Part shown: in pieces, positions 11,135 through 19,836 of the stretch
Layout of the letters: each line of letters opens with the position of its first letter
How positions within the stretch are numbered: position 1 is the stretch's first letter
Assembly: GCA_041615815.1 (NCBI GenBank)
Contig: JBFJCP010000001.1
Span: forward strand, 64,001 to 128,000
Direction of reading: 5' to 3'
Source: Gemmatimonadales bacterium
GTDB lineage: Bacteria > Gemmatimonadota > Gemmatimonadetes > Gemmatimonadales > GWC2-71-9
DNA: 64,000 nucleotides
Made by a program: the position numbers and the translations under genes
Notes under the pieces: model-generated
Databases searched by the model: none
What the model saw: only the letters and a program-made list of their open reading frames with translations
What the model was told of the DNA's origin: nothing

Positions 11135-13227
11135 CGGCAAGGGTGGCACTGACGATGACGTTCTCGCGAGCACTCGTGTACATCGGGGCCACGCTGTTCA
11201 TCCTCGTCTTGGCGGTCGATCAAGCGTGGCTCGGGGAGTGGCAGGGGTTGCTCGTGCTGGCGCTTGCGGCGGTACCACTGCGCGCGTTTCACCTCGGGAT
11301 CGGCAAGTACTCCTACGCCACCCAGGTGGGCATCGCGTTGTTGGCGGGCGCGATCTTGTTCGGGCCGGGAACGACCGCGCTCGGCATGGCGCTCGGGCTC
11401 TTTCTCACGGACTGGATCTGGTTCCGCAAGGACCCGCGCGCCGCTCTCGTCAACGCCGCCCGCGAGGTGGTAGCGCTCGTTACGGCGTACGGATTCTATG
11501 CGGCAGCTCTCCGGATATCGGGTGTCAGTGGTCCTCGAGCGTACGAATCGATCTTCGCCATCACCCTGTTCGGGCTCAGCTACTTCGTCGTTTCCCGGAG
11601 CCTCTTCTACTACACGCTCATCGTCCGCAACAAGCTGCCACCCGATGAGCGGCTCTTCGTGCTACGCTACGAAGTCGTGGCGTACGGGATCACGCTGGTT
11701 GGTGCCGGGGTGGCCGTGCTCACCGTCGTCTCCCTGCCGCCCATTAGTTGGCCCTTCGTGGCAGTCCCCGTGCTGTTCAGCGGTTCGATCATCAAGCGGA
11801 TCCTCGAAGAGGCAATTCAGGCGGAAGAGCTCAACAAACTCCAGACGATGGAGCTCCTGATCACCAGCAACGTGAGCCTGGACCAGGCGCTCCACGGTAT
11901 CGAAGAGCTCGCCCATCAAATCCTGGACTGGCGTGACTACCGCGTGTACCGACGGACCACGGCGGGGTTCACCCTGCTCTATCGGGGTGACATGGGGACG
12001 TCGGACGACGACGCCCCCGGGGTGTTCGCGACGCTCCGGGAAGAAGCGTTTCACCAGCGGCAAACGCTCACGGTGCAGGATGCCGAGCGCGACGCGCGTA
12101 CGGTGGGCCTCCTGGGCTATGTCAAAAGCCTGGTGATCGTACCGCTGGTCTTCGGCGAGGAATTGATCGGAACGCTCGAACTGGATCATCACAAGCGCCG
12201 GCAATACGGTCGCCGCCAGCTCAGCCTCGTCGAAACGTGCGCCCGGCGCATTGCCACCGCCATTCACATCCACGACTTGCGCAAGCCGTTGCTGGATACG
12301 GTCGCGCGTATCAACCAGCAGGTTGCCACCCTGGGAACGCTGGCCGATGACCTCCGGACGGCGGCCGAAACGATGACCGGATCCATCGAGGCCATCGGTA
12401 CCGGACTCTCCCAGCAGGACCGCGAGGTCGTCAGTGGCCTGGAAGCGACCGGGGAGCTGAGCTCCGCCACCGAACGGGTCTCCCAGGACAGCGGTGACGC
12501 CGCCAAGGCCAGCGGAACCGCCAGTGATCTCGCGGAACGCCACCGGCAGACCATTGGAGGGGCCATCGAGCGCCTGATCACCCTCAAGACGTTTGTGGCG
12601 GAGAGCTCGGAGAAAGTGGGAGAACTCGGCACCGCCAGCCGACGGATCGTGAGGTTCCTCGCCTCCATCCGTGAGCTGGCCGACCTGACCCATTTGCTCG
12701 CGTTGAACGCCGCCATCGAGGCTGCCCGCGCCGGCACGCACGGGCGAGGATTTGCCGAAGTCGCCCGTGAGGTCCGAAGCTTGGCAGAGCAGAGCGTGTC
12801 CACGGCCGACGAAGCGGCGCAACTCGTCGAAGACATGCAGGACCGCCTGGGCGAAGTGGTCGAGCAGATGCGCCGCGGCCAGGTGGCGGTGGGCGGAGTC
12901 GAAGAACTCAGTACCGAAGGCCTGCAGGCACTCGAGACCATCACCAAGGCCACCGTGGAAGCGACCGAGCATGTCCGCCGCATTACGGAAACGGCGGAGC
13001 GACAGCACCATGTGTTCGCGCGGCTGCGCGAGCGCATCAACGGGTTCGCCGACATCTCCTCGCGCAACCGCAAGGACGCCGACACCGTGCTCGAGCGCGC
13101 CAAGGACGTGGCTTCGGGCGTCGAGGACATGGGGCGCGCCGCCCGGGAACTCAACGCGATCGCCGTCATGCTCTCCCAGATCACCGAGCAGGTGGCATCC
13201 GTCGACGGCCCCACGCCAGACCTTTGA
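11131..13227 (+). CDS. Methyl-accepting chemotaxis-like transducer with multi-TM sensor and GAF domain
   Basis: Several N-terminal hydrophobic helices, GAF-like segment ([17 protein letters not shown]), MCP signature [33 protein letters not shown]. Confidence 0.88.
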   Translation: MTARVALTMTFSRALVYIGATLFILVLAVDQAWLGEWQGLLVLALAAVPLRAFHLGIGKYSYATQVGIALLAGAILFGPGTTALGMALGLFLTDWIWFRKDPRAALVNAAREVVALVTAYGFYAAALRISGVSGPRAYESIFAITLFGLSYFVVSRSLFYYTLIVRNKLPPDERLFVLRYEVVAYGITLVGAGVAVLTVVSLPPISWPFVAVPVLFSGSIIKRILEEAIQAEELNKLQTMELLITSNVSLDQALHGIEELAHQILDWRDYRVYRRTTAGFTLLYRGDMGTSDDDAPGVFATLREEAFHQRQTLTVQDAERDARTVGLLGYVKSLVIVPLVFGEELIGTLELDHHKRRQYGRRQLSLVETCARRIATAIHIHDLRKPLLDTVARINQQVATLGTLADDLRTAAETMTGSIEAIGTGLSQQDREVVSGLEATGELSSATERVSQDSGDAAKASGTASDLAERHRQTIGGAIERLITLKTFVAESSEKVGELGTASRRIVRFLASIRELADLTHLLALNAAIEAARAGTHGRGFAEVAREVRSLAEQSVSTADEAAQLVEDMQDRLGEVVEQMRRGQVAVGGVEELSTEGLQALETITKATVEATEHVRRITETAERQHHVFARLRERINGFADISSRNRKDADTVLERAKDVASGVEDMGRAARELNAIAVMLSQITEQVASVDGPTPDL

Positions 13228-13252
13228 CTCCATTCGGCGACGTCGATACCGT
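13224..13252 (+). promoter_or_regulatory. sigma70-type leaderless promoter for folB
   Basis: TTGACT-N17-TACCGT ending 6 nt before GTG 13259. Confidence 0.55.
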
Positions 13253-13258
13253 ACCACC

Positions 13259-13636
13259 GTGACCACCAACGACTGTATTACCCTGCGCGGCATGCGGTTT
13301 CACACCTGCGTCGGCTTGTTGCCACACGAGAAGTCGGTACCGCAACCACTGGATGTGGACCTCACCGTGTGGTTGTCGCTCCGACAGGTCGGGGAGACCG
13401 ACTCACCCCGCAGCCTCTTGGACTACCGCGACCTGTACGCCCTCGTCGCAGACACGGTCGGAACCAGCCATCACCGGCTCCTGGAAGCGCTGTGCGAGAA
13501 GATCGCGGGACGGGCGCTGGAGCTGGATCGCGTGGAACGGGTGCGGATCGCCGCGCGAAAGCCCCACGCCCCCATCCACGGGTTGCTGGATTACGTGGAG
13601 GTGGTGCTGGAGCGGGGCCGCGATGGTTCGGCGTGA
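13259..13636 (+). CDS. folB: Dihydroneopterin aldolase
   Basis: ITLRGMRFHTCVGLLPHEK...Q, LDY, LLEAL, RKPHAPI; directly upstream of folK. Confidence 0.9.
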   Translation: MTTNDCITLRGMRFHTCVGLLPHEKSVPQPLDVDLTVWLSLRQVGETDSPRSLLDYRDLYALVADTVGTSHHRLLEALCEKIAGRALELDRVERVRIAARKPHAPIHGLLDYVEVVLERGRDGSA

Positions 13637-14039
13637 GGATGCGTTCATCGCCCTGGGATCGAACGTGGGAGATCGCGAACGCCATCTGGCCCATGGTCGG
13701 GGTCGCCTGGCTGCCCTCCCCATGACGGAGGTGGCGGCGGTCAGCACGATCGAAGAAACCGAACCCATCGGTCCGGCCCAGCCGAGCTACCTGAACCAAA
13801 TGGTGCTGATCCGCACGGGACTGACCCCGCGGGTCTTACTCTCGGCCTGTCAGGCCATCGAGCGCGCGGCTGGGCGGACGCGAGACCGCCGCTGGGGACC
13901 GCGTACGCTCGACCTCGACATCGTGCGCTACGGAGACGTAGCCGTCAGCGAGCCGGACCTGACGATCCCTCATCCGGAGCTGCCGCACCGCCCGTTTTGG
14001 CAACGCGAGCTCGCAGAGCTCGAGGGACGGCTCCGGTGA
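13623..14039 (+). CDS. folK: 2-amino-4-hydroxy-6-hydroxymethyldihydropteridine pyrophosphokinase
   Basis: IALGSNVG, YLNQM, RWGPRTLDLDI, LTIPHP. Confidence 0.94.
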   Translation: MVRREDAFIALGSNVGDRERHLAHGRGRLAALPMTEVAAVSTIEETEPIGPAQPSYLNQMVLIRTGLTPRVLLSACQAIERAAGRTRDRRWGPRTLDLDIVRYGDVAVSEPDLTIPHPELPHRPFWQRELAELEGRLR

Positions 14040-14602
14040 CGGCCACCCTCCCACCGTGGGCCCATGTCACTGCACCGCGCGTGGCACACATTCATCGGGT
14101 GACGGCGCTGCTGGAGGAGTGGGCACAGGCACTCGGTGTGGACGCGGGCGAGCGCGAGCGGTGGCTCCGCGCCGCCATCCTCCACGACGCGCTCAAAGAT
14201 GCCACACCCACGCTCCTGCGTGACATCGCACCCGACGCGTGGGACAACGACGCCCTGCGCCACGGTCCCGCCGCGGCGGTCATGGCGGCGCGACACGGCG
14301 AGACCGACCGCGGCGTGCTGGATGCCGTTCGCTATCATTCGGTCGGATTCGCCGGCTGGGACGACACCGGCCGGCTCCTCTACCTGGCCGATTATCTGGA
14401 GCCCGGCCGGCCCGACGAGGGTCACCGACGCCGCTGGGCCCGGGAGGTTACCGGCGACGTAGCGGGCTCCGTTCAGCGAGTGGCGCGGGCCAGGATCCAG
14501 CGCTCCGTCGCGCAGGGATTGCCACTGCTGGCCGAGACCGTGACGTTCTGGAATGCGCTGGTATGCGCCGCCCCACCCTCCTCGCGACACTCGCGCTCGT
14601 AG
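14036..14602 (+). CDS. YqeK-like HD hydrolase (putative Ap4A hydrolase)
   Basis: RVAHIHRV, AAILHDALK, HG, AVRYHSVG, LYLADYLEPGR. Confidence 0.8.
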   Translation: MTATLPPWAHVTAPRVAHIHRVTALLEEWAQALGVDAGERERWLRAAILHDALKDATPTLLRDIAPDAWDNDALRHGPAAAVMAARHGETDRGVLDAVRYHSVGFAGWDDTGRLLYLADYLEPGRPDEGHRRRWAREVTGDVAGSVQRVARARIQRSVAQGLPLLAETVTFWNALVCAAPPSSRHSRS

Positions 14603-14970
14603 CACTCGGGGCGTTCTTGGGCGCCGCGCTCGTGCTGCGGGGTCGGGAGTCCAGCCTTCCCATCCCCGGGGAGCGCCATCGCTTCGCCGTCGAGGTGCTG
14701 AATGGCACGAGCGTCGATGGGCTGGCTCGAGAAACCACCCGGCGACTCAGGCGCGCCGGGATCGACGTGGTCTACTTTGGGGACGCGTCCGAGGATGCTG
14801 CCCGGACGACGCGAATTCTGATTCGGCGGGGCGACTCGAGCGCCGCGGTGGTCGTGCGCGACGTCCTGGGCACCGGAGACATCATCTCCGCACCAAACGC
14901 ACGACTCCTAGTCGACGTGTCGGTGATCCTGGGTCGCGACCTCGCGCCTGGCGTCGATCTCGATCCGTAG
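14563..14970 (+). CDS. LytR/CpsA/Psr C-terminal domain membrane protein
   Basis: N-terminal TM helix, VEVLNGTSVDGLA and DVSVILGRD motifs. Confidence 0.8.
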   Translation: MRRPTLLATLALVALGAFLGAALVLRGRESSLPIPGERHRFAVEVLNGTSVDGLARETTRRLRRAGIDVVYFGDASEDAARTTRILIRRGDSSAAVVVRDVLGTGDIISAPNARLLVDVSVILGRDLAPGVDLDP

Positions 14971-15969
14971 CTGTCCACACGCCGCGCTGATGTCGAGGCC
15001 GCGGCTCCGACGCACCGTCGCGGCGACCCCCCGTTTGCCGAGGTGCTGGGCAAATCGCTGAATGGCCTCAGGCGGCGTCGCCTCGAGTCCCGGAGCGCCC
15101 CCAGGGTGAAGCGGCAAGAGATTCACGTGGGCGCTGAGCGGCCGCGCCAGTGTGGCGAGGCGCTCTGCGTGGTCCAACCCATCGTTCACTCCGCGAATCA
15201 TCACGTACTCCAAGGTCACGCGGCGTCGGAAGGACCTCACCGCGTCCATGACGTCTCGAAGGGCGTACTTGGTCTCGATGGGCATGAGACGCGCCCTCGT
15301 CGCGCTGTCGGCGGCGTGCAAGGAGACGGCCAACCGAAACTGTTCCGGCCGCTGCGCCAGTTTGGCGAGGTTGGGAACGATGCCAATGGTGCTGACCGTG
15401 ATGTGACGGGCACCGATCCCGAGGCCCTCGGGATCGTTCAGAATCGTCAGCGCGCGATCCACGTTGTTCCAATTGTGCAGCGGCTCACCCATGCCCATGA
15501 ACACCACGTGCGACGGTCGCATGGGCTCGGCGCAGAGCAGGAGCTCCCGGACCTGAGCCGCGATCTCCCATGCCTCGAGGTGCCGCCGGAATCCCATCCT
15601 GCCCGTTGCGCAGAACGTGCATCCGTAGGCGCAGCCCGCTTGGGAGGAAACGCACAACGTTCGACGCTTTCCGTCCGGGATCAGTACCGATTCCACAGCC
15701 TCGCCGTCGCCAAAGCCCCAGAGAAATTTGATCGTGCCGTCCTCGGACACCTGACGGGACACGAGCTGGGGTCGAGGGAGCGGAGCCGTGGTCTCGAGGG
15801 CATCGCGCAGTCGCGCGGGCAGCTCGGTCGCCGCCGCCCACGCCGTCACCGGCTGGCGCCACAGCCGGCGATGGATCTGGCGCGCCCGATACGCAGCCTC
15901 CCCGCGATCCGCCACCCACGGCGCCAGAGCTTCGAGGGCATCGGACGGGGTCAAATCCAGCAAGTTCAT
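14908..15969 (-). CDS. rlmN: Dual-specificity rRNA/tRNA methyltransferase RlmN
   Basis: CVSSQAGCAYGCTFC, FMGMGEP, SLHA, LEYVMI, DISAACGQL. Confidence 0.95.
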   Translation of the reverse strand: MNLLDLTPSDALEALAPWVADRGEAAYRARQIHRRLWRQPVTAWAAATELPARLRDALETTAPLPRPQLVSRQVSEDGTIKFLWGFGDGEAVESVLIPDGKRRTLCVSSQAGCAYGCTFCATGRMGFRRHLEAWEIAAQVRELLLCAEPMRPSHVVFMGMGEPLHNWNNVDRALTILNDPEGLGIGARHITVSTIGIVPNLAKLAQRPEQFRLAVSLHAADSATRARLMPIETKYALRDVMDAVRSFRRRVTLEYVMIRGVNDGLDHAERLATLARPLSAHVNLLPLHPGGAPGLEATPPEAIQRFAQHLGKRGVAATVRRSRGLDISAACGQLRIEIDARREVATQDHRHVD

Positions 15970-16862
15970 CGAATGAACACCACGTCGATGCCGAGGCGGA
16001 AGGTGCCGCCCACATCGTTGATGCCCTGACTGCGGGCGAACGTGATGGCATAGCGACCCACGGCGATCTCGAGGCCGAATCCGGGCCGCCACGCCGCGTC
16101 GTCAAACGCGGTCTCACGCACCAACACGGCGTCCACCCGCACCGCGTCTTCGAACACCGCGCCGGCGCCAACGCCGTGTTCGAGATCTCCCGACGGACGC
16201 CAGCTGAGGCCGTAACGCCCTGTGAATCGCGTCCTGAGCCCGGCCACGGACACGCTGGGCGTGATGAGATATTCGACCGCGGCGAAGTAGTCGGTGTTCT
16301 CCCGCTCGCTCAAGTTGACCGGAAGGAAATGGGTGGCGACGGCGACGAGCACCCGCGGGTGCGGGTTCGCCCGGGCCCCCAGGTCCACGGTGACCCCACC
16401 TTCGCGTATGAAATCGAACCGGGCATCGTGAAATCGGATGAGCGCACCGACGTCGAGACGGGGCAGACGGGCCCGGAGATGGGCGCCAAACATCTGATCG
16501 TAGACCGGGATCGAACCGAGCGTCGCCGTGGGGGAACTTCCGGTCCGCACGAGGTCTCGCACATCCATCCGTGCCACGACGGCCCCCACCTGCGCGCGGG
16601 GTCCCAAGGACTTGGTGACGCCGGCCAGAATGCCGGTGAGCCCGAGGACATTGGAGGTCTGCACCACCTGGATCCCGGCTGCCAGATCGTCCCAGTCGCT
16701 GGCCGCGGGATTCCAGAAGGGTCCAGTGGCCCCTCCGGCGAGCGCCGCCGGGGTCGTGAGGGATGCGGCGGCCACACGCCAGACGCTCGCGGACGGGGGG
16801 GCCTGGGCGGGCGCCGGCACGGGGACCAGGGCGAGGAACGCAGCCCAGCTAAGTGCGCGCAC
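15966..16862 (-). CDS. Exported putative outer-membrane beta-barrel protein (PorV/FadL-like)
   Basis: Signal peptide (..APAQA), FWNPAA motif, alternating beta-strand pattern, C-terminal ...IDVVF. Start supported by the upstream promoter. Confidence 0.6.
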   Translation of the reverse strand: MRALSWAAFLALVPVPAPAQAPPSASVWRVAAASLTTPAALAGGATGPFWNPAASDWDDLAAGIQVVQTSNVLGLTGILAGVTKSLGPRAQVGAVVARMDVRDLVRTGSSPTATLGSIPVYDQMFGAHLRARLPRLDVGALIRFHDARFDFIREGGVTVDLGARANPHPRVLVAVATHFLPVNLSERENTDYFAAVEYLITPSVSVAGLRTRFTGRYGLSWRPSGDLEHGVGAGAVFEDAVRVDAVLVRETAFDDAAWRPGFGLEIAVGRYAITFARSQGINDVGGTFRLGIDVVFIR

Positions 16863-16868
16863 GGCCGA

Positions 16869-16897
16869 AGGTTGATGGGTCCCCCCGGGGGTGTCAA
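16869..16897 (-). promoter_or_regulatory. sigma70-type leaderless promoter
   Basis: TTGACA-N17-CAACCT on minus strand, ending 6 nt before GTG 16862. Confidence 0.5.
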
Positions 16898-17110
16898 GCG
16901 GCCGCTTGCTGCCCCATTGGAGGCCCATTATGTTGATGTTTTGCCGGGACTTGGCTATTTCGGGTCCCCCGAGGTCGAAACGAGTGCAACTGCAAGCCAA
17001 CGCGTTGATACCCCATCGGACGCCGCCCGCCGTCCGCCCACCACGCCTGGGCGGCAGCGCGCCGCACCCGTTGTCGCCTCATTTCGCGAGCGTCTAACCT
17101 GACCGAACAC

Positions 17111-18886
17111 GTGGCCGCGACGGCGATGCGTACGCACCGCTGTGGGGCTCTCCGGGCGTCCCACGTCGGCGCCACCGTCCGATTGGGCGGGTGGGTGCAC
17201 CGCATACGGAATCTGGGCGGGCTCGTCTTCTTCGACCTCCGCGACCGCGAGGGCATCGTACAAGTGGCGTTTGGCCCGGACTGGGCCACCGCCGCGGTGC
17301 TCGCCCAGGCTGGTGACGTCAGCCCCGAATCCGTCGTGGTGGTGCAAGGGGTGGTGCAGGCTCGGCCTGCCGACGCGCGCAACCCGGAGATGAAGACGGG
17401 GGAGGTCGAGGTGCGGGCATCCACGCTCGACGTGGTGGGGCCAGCTGAGCCTGCGGCATTGCCCATCCCGGTGTGGCGGGCCAAGGGTGAGGACCTACCG
17501 GCGGAGGAGCATCGGCTCGAGCATCGCCATTTGGACCTCAGGCGTCCGGAACTGCAGCGCAACTTCGAGCTCCGACACCGCCTCTTGCAGCGGGCTCGGC
17601 ACGCACTCAGCGCCCTCGACTTCTTCGAGGTCGAAACGCCGATCCTGACCAAGCCGACGCCGGAAGGCGCCCGGGATTACCTCGTGCCGTCGCGGGTCCA
17701 CCGCGGACAGTTTTACGCGCTTCCCCAGTCGCCCCAGATCTACAAGCAGATTCTCATGATGTCGGGGTTCGACCGATATTTTCAGATTGCGCGATGCTTT
17801 CGGGATGAAGACTTGCGAGCGGATCGGCAGCCAGAGTTCACGCAGATCGATCTCGAGGCGTCGTTCGTGACGTGCGACGACGTGTATCACGTGATCGAAG
17901 CGGTGTTCGTGCATCTGTGGGACGAGGCGGGTCACACCATTGCGGCGCCGTTCGAACGCCTCTCGTACCGCGACGCGATGGAGCGCTTTGGCACCGACAA
18001 GCCCGATCTCCGTTTTCCCCTCGAGCTCGAGGACCTCGGCGACGTGCTGGGTGGGAGAGGCTTTCGGGCGTTTGATGCCGTGCTTGGCGATGGCGGCCGG
18101 GTACGCGGCCTCAAGGTTCCCGGGGGCGCGGGGCTCTCACGAAAGGAGATCGATACCCTTACGGCGGCGGCGAAGGCGGCCGGCGCCGGCGGACTCGCCA
18201 CGCTCAAGCGCAAGGGCGAGGCTCTGTCAGGACCGCTTGCGAGTCTCGACGGCATGAGTGCCGAGCTGGTGGGTCTCGAAGATGGGGCGCTCCTCCTCGC
18301 CACGGCGGGTGCCGACGCCGTCACTTCGGCGGCGCTCGATCGTGTGCGCCTCGCTGTCATTCGGCGTCTGCGCCTGCCCCCGAGCCGCTCCCATGCATTT
18401 TGCTGGATCGCGGACTTCCCTCTGTTCGAGCACGACGCCGCAGCGGGCCAATGGATGTTCGCGCACCATCCGTTCACCGCGCCGCATCCAGACGATGTCA
18501 CCCGTGTGCTGCAGGGGGATGTGGAGGGGGTGCGGGCGCTGCACTACGACCTGGTGTACAACGGCAACGAGCTGGGAAGCGGGTCGATCCGGATCACCAA
18601 CGCGGACCTGCAGTTGCACATCTTGGGGCTTCTCGGGATGCCGGAGGCCGACGCCCATCGACGGTTCGGTTTTCTCCTCCGCGCGCTCCGGGCTGGCGCC
18701 CCCCCGCATGGCGGCTTCGCGGTGGGATTTGATCGTGTCGCGATGCTGCTGGCGGGCGCCTCGAGCCTGCGGGACGTCATCGCCTTTCCCAAGACGACCG
18801 CGGCCCGCGCGCTGTTCGAGGATGCGCCGGCACCGCTGGATCCCGCGGAACTTCGCGAGCTCGCGCTCAGGGTCGACGCGTCGTGA
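17111..18886 (+). CDS. aspS: Aspartate--tRNA ligase
   Basis: MRTHRCG, FFDLRDREG, TPEGARDYLVPSR, LPQSPQ, CFRDEDLRADRQPEFTQ, PPHGG, VIAFPK. Confidence 0.97.
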   Translation: MAATAMRTHRCGALRASHVGATVRLGGWVHRIRNLGGLVFFDLRDREGIVQVAFGPDWATAAVLAQAGDVSPESVVVVQGVVQARPADARNPEMKTGEVEVRASTLDVVGPAEPAALPIPVWRAKGEDLPAEEHRLEHRHLDLRRPELQRNFELRHRLLQRARHALSALDFFEVETPILTKPTPEGARDYLVPSRVHRGQFYALPQSPQIYKQILMMSGFDRYFQIARCFRDEDLRADRQPEFTQIDLEASFVTCDDVYHVIEAVFVHLWDEAGHTIAAPFERLSYRDAMERFGTDKPDLRFPLELEDLGDVLGGRGFRAFDAVLGDGGRVRGLKVPGGAGLSRKEIDTLTAAAKAAGAGGLATLKRKGEALSGPLASLDGMSAELVGLEDGALLLATAGADAVTSAALDRVRLAVIRRLRLPPSRSHAFCWIADFPLFEHDAAAGQWMFAHHPFTAPHPDDVTRVLQGDVEGVRALHYDLVYNGNELGSGSIRITNADLQLHILGLLGMPEADAHRRFGFLLRALRAGAPPHGGFAVGFDRVAMLLAGASSLRDVIAFPKTTAARALFEDAPAPLDPAELRELALRVDAS

Positions 18887-19836
18887 AGTCCGGGGACGTG
18901 ACGCACCGCCTGTCCGCCGAGGGGGCTGACCCTCTCGCGCTCGCCGGCGTCAACGATGGGAACCTGCTGGAGCTCGAGCGCGCCACGGGTGTGCGGGCGT
19001 CGTTGCGCGGCGACCAAGTCACGATCGCCGGAGGTCTCGAAGCCGTCGAGCGCGCCACGCGCGTGGCGGCTGCCATGATCGACCTGGCGCGCATTGGCGA
19101 GGCCGTGAGCCCGGAGCAAGTCCGCCAATTGGCGGATGAGGATGGGGAGGGTCTAATCGTCAATGGGGACCCGGATCTCAAAATCGTGTTGCCCGGCATC
19201 CGCCGCGCGATTCAACCGCGCAGCGCAGGACAGCGCGAGTACCTCCGAGCACTCCGCGACAACGACATCGTCATCGGCATCGGTCCCGCGGGTACAGGTA
19301 AGACGTACCTGGCCGTGGCGGCGGGTGCGGAAGCGTTGGCCCGCAAGCGGGTCCGACGATTGGTCTTGGCACGCCCGGCCGTCGAAGCTGGAGAGCGCCT
19401 GGGATTCCTCCCGGGTGACATGCAGGCGAAGGTGGATCCCTATCTCCGTCCGCTCTACGACGCGCTCGAAGACATGATGCCGTTCGATCGCATCCAGAAG
19501 GCGCTGGAGACCCGCACGATCGAGATCGCACCGCTGGCGTACATGCGAGGGCGGACCCTCGCGGACGCGTTTGTGATCCTTGACGAGGCGCAGAACGTCA
19601 CCGGGATGCAGATGAAAATGTTTCTGACGCGCCTCGGGTTGAATTCCCGCGCCGTGATCGTCGGCGACAAGACGCAGATCGACCTGCCCCTCAGAGAGGA
19701 GTCCGGACTGATCCAGGTGGAGCGCATCCTCCCGGGCATCGACGGCGTGGCGTTTTGCTATCTGGACGAACGCGACGTCGTGCGACATCGCCTCGTACGG
19801 GAGATCGTGCGCGCGTACGCGGAGGATCAAAGCTGA
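18883..19836 (+). CDS. PhoH-family ATPase
   Basis: GPAGTGKTYLA, RPAVEAGERLGFLPGD, APLAYMRGRT, LDEAQN, MFLTRLG. Confidence 0.94.
   Translation: MKSGDVTHRLSAEGADPLALAGVNDGNLLELERATGVRASLRGDQVTIAGGLEAVERATRVAAAMIDLARIGEAVSPEQVRQLADEDGEGLIVNGDPDLKIVLPGIRRAIQPRSAGQREYLRALRDNDIVIGIGPAGTGKTYLAVAAGAEALARKRVRRLVLARPAVEAGERLGFLPGDMQAKVDPYLRPLYDALEDMMPFDRIQKALETRTIEIAPLAYMRGRTLADAFVILDEAQNVTGMQMKMFLTRLGLNSRAVIVGDKTQIDLPLREESGLIQVERILPGIDGVAFCYLDERDVVRHRLVREIVRAYAEDQS

Noticed and set aside
11662..13293. Long antisense ORFs here and elsewhere (e.g. 20058-21617, 31246-32724, 34041-35696, 56235-57779, 60459-61865)
   Set aside because: Typical high-GC shadow frames opposite well-supported genes, with no motifs.
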